Both the position numbers and the translations under genes were made by a program. A model generated the notes under the pieces. It saw only the letters and a program-made list of their open reading frames with translations. It was not told the DNA's origin and did no database searches. This document shows, piece by piece, positions 41,707 through 51,619 of a stretch of 64,000 bases of DNA; positions within the stretch are counted from its first letter, which is position 1; each line of letters starts with the position of its first letter. This DNA comes from an uncultured Acidobacteriota bacterium (GTDB lineage: Bacteria > Acidobacteriota > Vicinamibacteria > Fen-336): assembly GCA_963720545.1 (NCBI GenBank), contig OY970399.1:640001-704000 (forward strand), read 5' to 3'.

Positions 41707-42270
41707 ATGGCGATGACCAGGCCACGGGCCGGGCCGAAGCCAAAACCCGCCGCGAAGGCGGGGCCTGGCCACATCGTGCAGATCGCCGAGAGCGACACGC
41801 CCATCGGTCGCGTCGGTGTCGCGGTGTTCCGCGGCAAGCTGCTGCTGCTGAGCTTCCGGCCACAGTGGCGCGACATCGCTGACACGCTCGAGAAGCGCTT
41901 CGGTCCGGTGGCGCTCGACAAGGTGCGCGACCCCGGCGGGGTCATCACCGAACTGGAGCGCTACTTCAGCGGGCGGCTCGACGCCATCGACCGGATCGAA
42001 GTGGACGCCGGCGGCACGCCGTTCCAGGAGGCGTGCTGGCGCGAGCTGCGCCGCATTCCGCTCGGCCAGACGCGTTCTTACACCGAGCTCGCCCGCAGCG
42101 TGGGGCGTCCGAAGGCCATCCGCGCCGTGGGCGCCGCCAACGCCTTCAATCCGATCGCGGTGGTGGTGCCGTGCCACCGGGCTATTGGCGCAGACGGCAG
42201 GCTGGTGGGCTACGGCGGCGGGCTGATGGCAAAAGAGTGGCTGCTGCGCCACGAAGGCGCCTTGCTCTAG
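41707..42270 (+). CDS. ogt: Methylated-DNA--protein-cysteine S-methyltransferase
   Basis: GTPFQ, RAVGAAN..NP, VPCHRAIG, GYGGG, LLRHE. Confidence 0.95.
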   Translation: MAMTRPRAGPKPKPAAKAGPGHIVQIAESDTPIGRVGVAVFRGKLLLLSFRPQWRDIADTLEKRFGPVALDKVRDPGGVITELERYFSGRLDAIDRIEVDAGGTPFQEACWRELRRIPLGQTRSYTELARSVGRPKAIRAVGAANAFNPIAVVVPCHRAIGADGRLVGYGGGLMAKEWLLRHEGALL

Positions 42271-42464
42271 CGCCCGGGGATCAACAGGCGCTTCATCTTT
42301 TCGTGGAGCGTCGTCGGCAGCACGCCCAGCGCCCGTGCGGCGCGGCGCTTGTTGCCGCCCGCGGCCCGCAGCGCGTCCATGATGATCTGCCGCTCGAAGG
42401 CGCTCACTTTCTCCTTGAGCTTCCAGGTGCCCACCGGTCCCGGTGCGAGAAAGCCATCCATCAT
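42267..42464 (-). CDS. Stand-alone Fis-type helix-turn-helix protein
   Basis: FERQIIMDALRAAGGNKRRAARALGVLPTTLHEKMKRL; GGAGGGG SD before ATG 42464. Confidence 0.78.
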   Translation of the reverse strand: MMDGFLAPGPVGTWKLKEKVSAFERQIIMDALRAAGGNKRRAARALGVLPTTLHEKMKRLLIPGR

Positions 42465-42530
42465 CGTTCCCTGCCCCTCCTGGCGTTCAACGATTTGTGT
42501 ATATACATCCATCTGTCCTGAAAAAGCCGC

Positions 42531-42968
42531 TCACACGTGCTGCGCCGCTTCGACCACGACGTCGAGCGAGCCATTGAGGCTGGCCCAGCCTTCCTTGCCG
42601 AGCGCGTTCTTCAACCGTTCCTGGGCGGCGCTCCACGCGGGCTGCGCCTTGCGAAACACGCGCCGGCCGGCGGGTTGCACCGACCAGACGCGTTCCCGCC
42701 TGTCCTTGCCCGCCGCCACCGCAATCCAGCCCTTGCGGCGCAGCAGCGCCAGGTTGCGAGTCAGCGTGGTGCTGTCGATGCCCAGGGTTTCCGCGAGGTC
42801 GGCCTGGCGCGCCGTGTCCATCTTCAGGAGCGCCCACAGCAGCGTGAACTGCGTCGCGCGCATGCCGAGCGGACGCAGCGCCTCATCGTAGAGCTGCGTG
42901 ACGAGCCGTGCCCCGCGCCGCAGGTTGGCGCAGGCGCACGGCAACGGCACGCTGCGGAACTCGCTCAT
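42531..42968 (-). CDS. MarR family transcriptional regulator
   Basis: CACANLRRGARLVTQLYD, TQFTLL, LGIDSTTLTRNL, DRRER. Confidence 0.93.
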   Translation of the reverse strand: MSEFRSVPLPCACANLRRGARLVTQLYDEALRPLGMRATQFTLLWALLKMDTARQADLAETLGIDSTTLTRNLALLRRKGWIAVAAGKDRRERVWSVQPAGRRVFRKAQPAWSAAQERLKNALGKEGWASLNGSLDVVVEAAQHV

Positions 42969-42975
42969 GCAGTTG

Positions 42976-43003
42976 AGTGTAGCTACATCTAATCCGCCGT
43001 CAA
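42976..43003 (-). promoter_or_regulatory. marR promoter with overlapping palindromic operator
   Basis: TTGACG-N16-TACACT, 7 nt before ATG; palindrome TGTAGCTACA at 42978-87. Confidence 0.7.
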
Positions 43004-43066
43004 GCTCCAGACGCAGGGCCCGCAGAGCAACGAGCATCGCCTGTGAGATGCTCCCCCGCGAACCTC

Positions 43067-44584
43067 ATGAGCCCGCGCCTGCTCCGGCTTGCCGACACAC
43101 TCACCGGCCTCGCGGTTGGTGCAGCCGCGGCCGCCCTGCTGCTCCTGAGCTGCGGCCGCGTAGTGGCGTCCTTCGACTATCGCAGCAGCGAATCGGCCGC
43201 CTACCGGCGCCTGTGGTCCGACACGGTCTGGGCGATCAACGACTTCGTCCTCCACCGCTTCCCGCCGCAGCCGGGAGAAACGCTCGATCCGGCGGTCGAT
43301 CCAACGAGGGCTTACGTCGTGGTGATGCTGGAGCGCACCGGCCAGCTCGACATCAAGCCGTGGCAGTTCTGGCGCTCCTTCCGGCCGTGGATCTTTCGCG
43401 AGCATCGCGGCCCGTACGAACTCGGCGTCTACGACGACCGCGGCCGCGCACTGCTGCTGGCGCGGTCGTTCCGGCTGATGGGCGGCGTGGCGCCGTTCCT
43501 CATCCTGTGGCTCGCGGCACTGGCCGCAGCGCCGGCGCTCGTGTGGTGCGTGCACGAAATGTGGCAAAGCCGCAGGCGGGTCGCGGCCGTGGTGTTCGCC
43601 GCCGCGGTGGCGACCTCGCCATACGTGGCGGAGACGCTGACGCACGCGCGCTACGCGGTCGGCTTCTACCTGGTCGCATGCCTGGTGGCCGTCGCCCTCA
43701 CCACCGCCGTGGTGCTGCGCCCGCAGATCTCGCTCGCGGCGCTCGCGGCGCGCTTCGCGGCGGCGGGTGCGGCGCTCGCCGTCTGCATCTCGTGCCGGCC
43801 GTCCGCGCTTTTCGTGCTCGCCGGCCTGGCGCTGCTGCTGCCGGTGTGGCTGGCCAGGTTCCGCCATCTGGGCCTGCTCGCAACGGCGCTGCTGGCGGCG
43901 CTCCTCGTTGCACCCGCCGCCGTGGCGCGGCCGAGCAAGCACCATGACGTCTGGATTGCGCTGTGGGAGGGCCTCGGCGACTTCGACCGGACCAAGGGGC
44001 ACACGTGGTCCGATCCGGTCGCGCAGGGTGTGGCGCGCTTTCACGGTGCGCCCGAACTGTGGAGTCCCGAGAGCGAACCGATCTTTCGCGAGCTGGTGCT
44101 GTCGCACATCCGCAACGATCCCGCGTGGTATGCCGCGATCCTGGCGAAGCGCGCCGGATCGACCGTGCTGCAGTGGAAACTGTGGCCTTATGGACCGACG
44201 GACGGCCTGCACATGCGCCGCAAGACCTCGGACAACGAGGGTTTCATCGACAAGTATTACGGCTACACCACCACCGGCGATCACATCGGCTTCGGAACCT
44301 GGACCAAGGAGGTGTGGATGCCGGTGTGGCCTGGACTGATGCTGATCCTCCTCCTGCACTCGCTGCTGAGCCGCTCCGCCGATGCGGCGGCGGTTCGCAC
44401 CCGGCGCCTGGAGGCCGGTGCGGTCGCGACGCTCGGAGTCTGCTTCCTCGGCGTCCCGGTCGCGATCTCGACCGCCGGCGCGCAGGAGACGCAGGCGTTC
44501 TTCTTCGCCTATTTCCTCGCGGCGGCGCTGCTCGCGGAGCGGCTCACGGCGCTCGCCGTCATCAATGCCAGACCGCGCCGATGA
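43067..44584 (+). CDS. Polytopic membrane protein, possible GT-C glycosyltransferase
   Basis: Multiple TM helices, large N-terminal loop with YDDRG, ALWEGLGD loop. Confidence 0.55.
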   Translation: MSPRLLRLADTLTGLAVGAAAAALLLLSCGRVVASFDYRSSESAAYRRLWSDTVWAINDFVLHRFPPQPGETLDPAVDPTRAYVVVMLERTGQLDIKPWQFWRSFRPWIFREHRGPYELGVYDDRGRALLLARSFRLMGGVAPFLILWLAALAAAPALVWCVHEMWQSRRRVAAVVFAAAVATSPYVAETLTHARYAVGFYLVACLVAVALTTAVVLRPQISLAALAARFAAAGAALAVCISCRPSALFVLAGLALLLPVWLARFRHLGLLATALLAALLVAPAAVARPSKHHDVWIALWEGLGDFDRTKGHTWSDPVAQGVARFHGAPELWSPESEPIFRELVLSHIRNDPAWYAAILAKRAGSTVLQWKLWPYGPTDGLHMRRKTSDNEGFIDKYYGYTTTGDHIGFGTWTKEVWMPVWPGLMLILLLHSLLSRSADAAAVRTRRLEAGAVATLGVCFLGVPVAISTAGAQETQAFFFAYFLAAALLAERLTALAVINARPRR

Positions 44585-45801
44585 GCGCGCGGCCTCTGGA
44601 CGGCGTGCGCGTCCTCGAGCTGGGGCAGCTGCTTGCCGGCCCTTTCGCCGGCTCGATCCTCGGCTATTTCGGCGCCGAGGTGATCAAGGTGGAGCCGCCG
44701 GGCGGCGGCGATCCGGTGCGCGACTGGCGCGGCATCGACGCCGACGGCACCTCGGTCTGGTGGCGCAGCATCGGCCGCAACAAGAAGTCGGTGACGATCG
44801 ACCTGCGCCAGGCCGACGGCCAGCGCCTGGTGCGCGAGCTCGCGGTGCGCAGCGACGTCGTCCTCGAGAACTTCAAGCCGGGCACGCTGGAGCGCTGGGG
44901 CCTCGCCCCGCGCGACATCGAGCCGCGCAACCCTGGCGTCATCTACGCGCGCATCTCCGGCTATGGGCAGGATGGGCCGTACAGTTCGCGGCCGGGCTTC
45001 GCGTCGGTCTGTGAAGCCGTGGGCGGCATGCGCTATGTCACCGGATTTCCCGACCGCCCGCCGGCACGCTCCAACCTCAGCCTCGGTGACGGCCTTGCCG
45101 GCCTGCACGCGGTCATCGGCGTGCTGATGGCGCTCTACCAGCGCGACCGCGGCGGCACGCGGCGCGCGACCGGCGAGGTGGTGGATGTGGCGATCTACGA
45201 GGCCGTCTTCAACATGATGGAAGCGGCGATCGCCGAGTACGACCGCTTCGGCACGGTGCGCGAGCGCGAAGGCACCACCGTCACCGGCATCGTGCCGACG
45301 AATGCCTATCCGTGCCGCGACGGCGGCCACGTGGTGATCGGCGGCAACGGTGATTCGATCTTCAAGCGGTTGATGCGCGCCGCCGGACGGCCCGACCTGG
45401 CGGACGATCCCGCACTCGCAACCAACAGCGGCCGTGTCGCGCGCGTCGCGGAGATCGATGCTGCGCTCGCCGCGTGGACTGTCGCGCTGACACCCAACGA
45501 AGTGCTCGCCGCGCTGAACACGGTCGACGTCCCCGTGGGACTCATCTATTCCGCCGCCGATATCGCGCACGATCCGCACTACGCGGCGCGCGGCGCGATC
45601 GAGAGCGTCGAGGTCGGCGGCCGGCCGTTGCGGATTCCGGCGATCGCGCCGCGCCTGCAAAATGCTCCCGGACGCACCGAGTGGGCCGGCCCCGAGCTCG
45701 GCAGCCATAACCGCGAGATCCTCTCCGGCCTGCTCGGGCTCCCTGACGACGAGATCGACCGGCTGGGGCGCGCGGGCGTCGTTGGCACACCGGCTTCCTG
45801 A
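44581..45801 (+). CDS. Family III CoA-transferase (CaiB/BaiF)
   Basis: PLDGVRVLELGQLLAGP, RNKKSVTIDL, ENFKPG, ISGYGQDGP, LGD. Confidence 0.96.
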   Translation: MSARPLDGVRVLELGQLLAGPFAGSILGYFGAEVIKVEPPGGGDPVRDWRGIDADGTSVWWRSIGRNKKSVTIDLRQADGQRLVRELAVRSDVVLENFKPGTLERWGLAPRDIEPRNPGVIYARISGYGQDGPYSSRPGFASVCEAVGGMRYVTGFPDRPPARSNLSLGDGLAGLHAVIGVLMALYQRDRGGTRRATGEVVDVAIYEAVFNMMEAAIAEYDRFGTVREREGTTVTGIVPTNAYPCRDGGHVVIGGNGDSIFKRLMRAAGRPDLADDPALATNSGRVARVAEIDAALAAWTVALTPNEVLAALNTVDVPVGLIYSAADIAHDPHYAARGAIESVEVGGRPLRIPAIAPRLQNAPGRTEWAGPELGSHNREILSGLLGLPDDEIDRLGRAGVVGTPAS

Positions 45802-45805
45802 GCAG

Positions 45806-47470
45806 TCACTCCTCGTCGCCGGACGACTGCGGCCGGCCGGCGCTCGCGAAGAACGGCTTGATCGTGCCGCGTTCCGCAATCAGCCGGGCGATGCGCGCGC
45901 GGGTGACCTGGTAAATGTAGATCGAGTGCCCGAGGCGTGCGTCGGGCGGCTCGACCGTCAGCCAGTCGAGGCAGCCCGGCGCGATGCGCTTGGGCCGGTG
46001 GACCTCAACGGCATGCAGCGCGTAGTGGCCCGGAGCGGGCGTGCACGGCGGCGCCGTGTAGGTGATGCCCCAATGGGCCGGGTCGCCGCTGTAGAACGTG
46101 TAGTAGAGCGTCGGCGGATGGGTGACGGCCTGCCACTCCCCGAGCCGGCGCTGGTCCTGCCCCCAGTCGTCGCCGGTGACGAGGTAGCGCGGCCCGCCGT
46201 CCGGACCGCCAGCCCACACGTTGAAGAACATCAGGTGATGTGGATGCACCGCCACCGATTCCGCGGCGCCGAGCGCGAGGCAGAGTGCGTACACCGCAAT
46301 CCCCCGCCGCGGGAACACCGCCGCAAGCCGCGGCGTCATCGCGCCGAGCCACAGGAACCAGAACGGGAACGCCGGCAGCAGGTAGCGAGCGCCGATCTGT
46401 GTGCGGCCGGCGCTCATCACCACGAATAACAGCACTGGATAGGCGAGCAGCGCGGCATCGATGGCGAAATCCCGCCGCCGCGTGCCGGAACGCAGCGCGG
46501 TGACGACACCTGCCGCAGACATCGCCTGCGCGCCTACGGTCGTCTTCAGCGCGAGTACCGCGACGTAAAACCACCACCACCCACTGCCGCTGACGCGGCC
46601 GAACAGGTAGCCGAGGTGTCCGCTCTGGCCGTGCTGCGCCTGCAGCAGCAAACCGAGGATCCAGGTGGGGAACGGCACGAAGCCCCATTGCACCGCGGGC
46701 CAGCCGGTGCCCGGCTTCATCATCGTGAGATCGATGGGCCCGGTCTCGAACCCGGACGCCGCCCACAACGTGAGGACGAATGCGGTGGCGCCGGCGCACA
46801 GCCATGCGGTAATCGTGCGCAGCGGCTGGCGCAGGCGCGATACGCCATACCAGGCGGCCGCGACCATGGCGATGGGCAGGGCGGCGAGCGCCGTGACCTT
46901 CGAGGATGCGGCGAGCGCCAGCATCGCTCCGGCCAGCGCCGCGCGCGCGGCTCCGGGCCTGTCGGTGAAATGCACGCATGCCCACAACGAGATCGCTAGC
47001 CACGCCGCTACCCAGCCGTCGAGCGTCGCCAGGCTGCCGTTCGCCAGGACTGTCGGCGAGAAGCACCAGAGCGCATGCGTGACGAGCGCGGCGGCGGCGC
47101 CGAAGCGCAGCGCGGCGGCGGCGAGGAAGAATCCGGCGGCAACGGTCAGGACGATGGTGGCGGCGCGTCCCGCCATCAGGTTGCGCCGCGTCTGCGCGGG
47201 CGGGCGCGACCACAGCGGGTCGCGGCCGCCGCCGCCAGGCGCGAAGAGCGCCGGATCGCTCACGTGCAGCGCCAGCGCGAAGCCCCATTTGGGCAGCGCC
47301 GGCGAGTCGGGATTGTGGCGCAGCGTGCCTTCGTTCCATTGCCGCGTCGCGGTCGCGAGGTAATGCGGCTCGTCGATGGTGTCCGACTTGTCGGACGCGG
47401 TGCGCAGCAGCAGCGCCGACTGCAGGACTGCGAAGACAGCCATGCCCAGGGCGGCGTTGCGCCGTGTCAC
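45806..47470 (-). CDS. GT-C glycosyltransferase (ArnT/PMT-like)
   Basis: DTIDEPHY acidic loop motif, LATLD, ASSK, IGARYLLP, DWGQD. Confidence 0.8.
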   Translation of the reverse strand: MTRRNAALGMAVFAVLQSALLLRTASDKSDTIDEPHYLATATRQWNEGTLRHNPDSPALPKWGFALALHVSDPALFAPGGGGRDPLWSRPPAQTRRNLMAGRAATIVLTVAAGFFLAAAALRFGAAAALVTHALWCFSPTVLANGSLATLDGWVAAWLAISLWACVHFTDRPGAARAALAGAMLALAASSKVTALAALPIAMVAAAWYGVSRLRQPLRTITAWLCAGATAFVLTLWAASGFETGPIDLTMMKPGTGWPAVQWGFVPFPTWILGLLLQAQHGQSGHLGYLFGRVSGSGWWWFYVAVLALKTTVGAQAMSAAGVVTALRSGTRRRDFAIDAALLAYPVLLFVVMSAGRTQIGARYLLPAFPFWFLWLGAMTPRLAAVFPRRGIAVYALCLALGAAESVAVHPHHLMFFNVWAGGPDGGPRYLVTGDDWGQDQRRLGEWQAVTHPPTLYYTFYSGDPAHWGITYTAPPCTPAPGHYALHAVEVHRPKRIAPGCLDWLTVEPPDARLGHSIYIYQVTRARIARLIAERGTIKPFFASAGRPQSSGDEE

Positions 47471-47511
47471 GCGATGCTAGACTCCGCATCGCCGCGCACG
47501 GGAGGTGCGTC

Positions 47512-48249
47512 ATCACCGGCCGCATCTTCATCGTCGTTCCCACCTACAACGAGCGCGAGAACGTCGGGCCGCTCATCGACGAGCTGATCCAGCAAAGTCA
47601 CGACCTCGACGTGAGCGTTGCCGACGATGGCAGCCCCGATGGCACCGGCGATGCGGTGCGCGCAGCCATGTCGCGCCACCCGGGGCGGGTGCAGCTGCTG
47701 GAACGCAGCAACAAGCAGGGGCGCGGCGGCGCAGTGATCGCGGCCTTCCGCCGCGGCCTCGCCGACCAGCGCTATCAGGTGTTCTTCGAGATGGACGCCG
47801 ATTTCTCTCATCACCCCACCGAAATCGGCAAGTTCCTCGTGAGCCTGCAGACATACGACATGGTCATCGGTTCCCGGTACGTCGCAGGGGGCGGCACCTC
47901 CGAGTGGGGCTATGCGCGGCCCCTGCTCTCGGCGCTTGCGAACCGCTACATTCGCGTCGTCGCGGGACTGCCGATCCGCGACCTCACGAGCGGCTACAGA
48001 GCCTATCGCCGCGCTGTCCTCGAGGCAATGGACTTCGAGCGCATCCGCATCACCGGCTACGTGGTCCATGGTGAGATGGCCTACCAGGCGTGGATCAATG
48101 GCTTCCGCATCGGCGAGGTGCCGATCCACTTTCGCAACCGCGCGCGCGATGCCTCGAAGCTCACCGCCGCGGAGGTCTACCTCGCGTTCCTCAACTTTGG
48201 CCTGCTCCGCTTTCGCTACGGATTCCGGCCGCGCCCGCGCGCGCGATGA
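47512..48249 (+). CDS. GT2 polyprenol-monophosphate sugar synthase (DPM1/Ppm1-like); start uncertain
   Basis: VVPTYNERENV, DDGSPDGTG, EMDADFSHHP, IGSRYV, DLTSGYRAY, EVPIHFRNR..SKL. Confidence 0.92.
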   Translation: MTGRIFIVVPTYNERENVGPLIDELIQQSHDLDVSVADDGSPDGTGDAVRAAMSRHPGRVQLLERSNKQGRGGAVIAAFRRGLADQRYQVFFEMDADFSHHPTEIGKFLVSLQTYDMVIGSRYVAGGGTSEWGYARPLLSALANRYIRVVAGLPIRDLTSGYRAYRRAVLEAMDFERIRITGYVVHGEMAYQAWINGFRIGEVPIHFRNRARDASKLTAAEVYLAFLNFGLLRFRYGFRPRPRAR

Positions 48250-50204
48250 CGCTGAAGCGGCCCGTGCCCCTCGTGTTCGCGGCGGCGGCTGCATTCACGG
48301 CGATGCTGCAGGCGTTTGTCCCCGCCGAGGTGTTCGTCGCCGGCGACACCGGTGTCAAGGCGCTGATGATGCACCAGTTCGCGCGCGGCGAATGGGCAGC
48401 CGATTTGCGCCTGCAGGCGCCGCCGTGGGCGCACGCGCTCTGGGACGCGGGCCTGTACCCGCTGACCCCGCATCATGTCGAGACGCTAGGCGGCCGCTGG
48501 TACATCCAGTGGGCGCTTCCCTTTCCGTTGCTGACGTCGTTCCTCTACCGCCTCGCCGGTTATCGTGGCGCGTTGCTCCTCCCGCTCGCGGCGACGTGGG
48601 CGGTGTGGGCCGCGCTCGTCTATGCGCTGCGCGCGCTGCGGGTTGGCGAAACGCTCGTCGCGGGTTCGCTCGCGGCGCTAGCATTTGCCACCTTCCTGAG
48701 CTTGTACAGCGCGGTCTATTGGGAACACACGCTGTCGGTGGCGTGCGCGTTCACAGGCGGCGCGGTGCTGCTCGCCGCGCCGCGGCTGCCGTCACAGCGG
48801 CTCGTATGGGCGGGGGTGCTCGCCGGAGCCTGCATCTTCTTCCGCGAAGAGCTGGTGCTGCTGCTCGCGGCGCTCGGTGCCGCCACCGCATGGCGCCTGT
48901 GGCGGGGACCCGGTGCGAAGGCGCAGCGCATGCGCAGCATCGCCCTCGCCGGCGCCGCGATCATGACTCCTTCGCTTCTCTATCTCGCGTGGAACTATTG
49001 CCTCTACGGCGACGTGCGCGGCGTCCACGTCATGAGTGTCAGCCAGTGGCTCGACGAGGAACCGGGGGCGGCAGGCTGGCGGCAGGCGGTGCTGGTGATG
49101 CGCAGCCTCGTGGCCCACGCGCCGGTGATCCTGCTGGCACCTTTCGCCCTCGTCGGCGCCTGCCGGCGGCGGCAGCCCGGGGGAGTCCTCTTCCTGTTCG
49201 TTTCCGTCGCCTTCACCGCCTCGCTGCTTGCGATCGCCCCGTTTCAAGGCGGCCGCGAATGGGGACCGCGCTACCTCCTTCCGGCAGTGCCTTTCTTCCT
49301 GGTGGCCTCCGCCCTGGTGGTCGAAGACCTGAGCCTGCGCGGGCGCCTGGTGAAGACGCTCGGCTTGGGCGCCGCAGCGCTGCTCTTCGCCTGGGGAGTG
49401 TGGAACGAAACCTGGCTCGGCGCGCGCGAGGTGCGCACCACCTACGCACGCCGCTTCGCGACGCTGCGCGGCGTGGAAGCCACCGATGCCGCCGTGATCG
49501 CCGTGTCGCACCCGTTCATCACGCAGCAACTCGTCGCAACCATCCCGGCGCGTACCTTCTTCCACACGCCGGGCGCTGGCGAGCTTCAGCAGCTCGGCGA
49601 CGGGCTGTTCGATCAGGCCATCGACAGCTTCCTGTACTTGTGCAATCCCGCCTACGATTGCGGGCCGGCCAGGACCGGCGAAGTGCCGGTGATACGCCTG
49701 GCCTCGGGACGGGCGGCGGTGGTCGAGTTGCTGCGACGTGGTCCGATGGGCCGCTACGTGGCATACGACGGCAGTATCAGACGCTTCGACTTCGCGCGCG
49801 GCGGCCGTATCGAGTTGAGCGCGGACGCGGCCGAGCCGCTGCTGGCAAGCGGCTGGTCGCGGGTGCGCCGGCGTAGCGAGATGGTGCCGTTTCGCTGGGC
49901 TGTCGGCACGGAGTCGTGCCTGCTGTTGCCCGTGTCGGGTCCTGCGAACCTTGCTGGCACGGTGCGTGCCCGCGGCATGCGCGCACGCGAGCCGCAGCAG
50001 CTGGCCGTGCGACTCAACGGCGCGCGGCTCGTAAGCGCCAATGTCGGTCGCGGCTGGAGCGACGTCAACTTCGCCTCGCACGCGAACCAGTGGCGCACGG
50101 GCGGCAATACGCTCTGCCTTGATTTCGGCGCCGCCGGCGGCCAGGCCAGCGCCTCCGACGACACCGCCGCGGGCGCCGTGGCTTTCGTCGCACTGCGTCC
50201 GTGA
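48246..50204 (+). CDS. GT-C-like membrane protein with C-terminal beta-sandwich domain
   Basis: AGDTGVK loop, YWEHTL, FREE, EWGPRYLLP; soluble C-terminus with GWS..FRWA. Confidence 0.7.
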   Translation: MTLKRPVPLVFAAAAAFTAMLQAFVPAEVFVAGDTGVKALMMHQFARGEWAADLRLQAPPWAHALWDAGLYPLTPHHVETLGGRWYIQWALPFPLLTSFLYRLAGYRGALLLPLAATWAVWAALVYALRALRVGETLVAGSLAALAFATFLSLYSAVYWEHTLSVACAFTGGAVLLAAPRLPSQRLVWAGVLAGACIFFREELVLLLAALGAATAWRLWRGPGAKAQRMRSIALAGAAIMTPSLLYLAWNYCLYGDVRGVHVMSVSQWLDEEPGAAGWRQAVLVMRSLVAHAPVILLAPFALVGACRRRQPGGVLFLFVSVAFTASLLAIAPFQGGREWGPRYLLPAVPFFLVASALVVEDLSLRGRLVKTLGLGAAALLFAWGVWNETWLGAREVRTTYARRFATLRGVEATDAAVIAVSHPFITQQLVATIPARTFFHTPGAGELQQLGDGLFDQAIDSFLYLCNPAYDCGPARTGEVPVIRLASGRAAVVELLRRGPMGRYVAYDGSIRRFDFARGGRIELSADAAEPLLASGWSRVRRRSEMVPFRWAVGTESCLLLPVSGPANLAGTVRARGMRAREPQQLAVRLNGARLVSANVGRGWSDVNFASHANQWRTGGNTLCLDFGAAGGQASASDDTAAGAVAFVALRP

Positions 50205-51619
50205 GCGTGAGGAAACCGCCGCCGGAAGCGTGGCTGTTCGCGCTGACGTTCGGGACGTTCGCGTTTTTCTACCAGGCGGGCGGGTGGAACTCGAATGTGC
50301 GCTTCGACCTGGTGCGCGCCATCGTCGAGCATCGCACCCTCGCGATCGACGCGTACCAGAAGAACACCGGCGACAAGGCGCAACGCGGCGAACACTATTA
50401 CAGCGACAAGGCTCCCGGCATCTCGCTGCTCTCGGTCCCGGCGTATGCCGCCGCGTTTGCCCTGCGACCCGACCTGACGGAGACCGATGTCTTCCAGGGG
50501 TGGGCGTCTTATGCCTGCGTCCTGCTGAGCGTCGCGCTGCCTTCGGCACTGGCGACGGCGGTGCTGTTCCGGATCTGCGTGCTGCTGGCGCTGTCGCCGG
50601 CAGCACGCTCGCTGGTACCCCTGGCCTACGCGTTCGGCACGCTCGCCTTGCCGTACTCGACGTTGTACTACGGCCACCAGACAGCGGCGGCGTTCTTGGT
50701 GATTGCCTGGTGGCTGGTGCTGCGGGATCCTCGCAGCAACGTCACCGCTGGCATCTTTCTGGGGCTTGCGATCCTCGTCGAGTATCCCGCCGCGATCGCC
50801 GCCCTGTGCCTGGCGGGTTATACGGTCGCACGCGCGCGTTCACCGCGGATGCTTCTGCAGCTGGCCGCGGGCATGGCGCTCCCGTTGCTCGTGCTCGCCT
50901 GGTATCACACCGCCGCGTTCGGTTCGCCGCTGGCGCTGCCCTACGACTTCTCGACGCAGGCCCCGCGCCACGTCGGCTTCATGGGCGTCGGCGTGCCCGA
51001 GCCGCGCGTGCTCTACCATCTGCTGATCGGCGAGTACCGCGGCCTCTTCTTCAGCGCACCGTGGCTCCTGCTCGCACTCCCCGGCATCATCCTGTGGCTG
51101 CGGGAACCGGCGCGGCGTGCCGACGGCATCCTTTGCGCAGCAGTGTTCCTCTCTTACCTGTGGCTCGCGGCCGGCCTCGCGGATTGGCACGGCGGCTGGG
51201 GCACGGGACCGCGGCACCTGATCGTCACGCTGCCATTGCTCGCGGTCGCCGCCGGCCGGGCCCTGCCGGCGCGCGCGCCCGTATGGCATGCGGCTGCAGC
51301 ACTTGCCTGCGTCGTCTACTCGGCATCGCTGATGTTCGCCGCAACCGCGGTAAAGCCAGAGGTACCGCGCGCCATCGAAAGGCCGTTCGGCGAGTTCGTG
51401 TTGCCGGCGTTTCGCGCCGGTAACCTGAGCATCAACACGCAATCCGTCGACATGGTGACCGGACGCGACCGCACCGTGCGCCAGGCGTGGACGCTCGGCG
51501 AAAAGCTCGGCTTCGGCGGCTGGCTGCGGCTGCTGCCGCTCCTCATCTATGCGCTGGCGACGGCGTGCGGCTTTTTCTCTTCAGTCCGCTCGCTCGTGCA
51601 CCACCGCGACCGTGTCTAG
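50201..51619 (+). CDS. GT-C-like polytopic membrane protein
   Basis: YYSDKAPG, YSTLYYGH, VEYP, WHGGWGTGPRHL. Confidence 0.7.
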   Translation: MSVRKPPPEAWLFALTFGTFAFFYQAGGWNSNVRFDLVRAIVEHRTLAIDAYQKNTGDKAQRGEHYYSDKAPGISLLSVPAYAAAFALRPDLTETDVFQGWASYACVLLSVALPSALATAVLFRICVLLALSPAARSLVPLAYAFGTLALPYSTLYYGHQTAAAFLVIAWWLVLRDPRSNVTAGIFLGLAILVEYPAAIAALCLAGYTVARARSPRMLLQLAAGMALPLLVLAWYHTAAFGSPLALPYDFSTQAPRHVGFMGVGVPEPRVLYHLLIGEYRGLFFSAPWLLLALPGIILWLREPARRADGILCAAVFLSYLWLAAGLADWHGGWGTGPRHLIVTLPLLAVAAGRALPARAPVWHAAAALACVVYSASLMFAATAVKPEVPRAIERPFGEFVLPAFRAGNLSINTQSVDMVTGRDRTVRQAWTLGEKLGFGGWLRLLPLLIYALATACGFFSSVRSLVHHRDRV

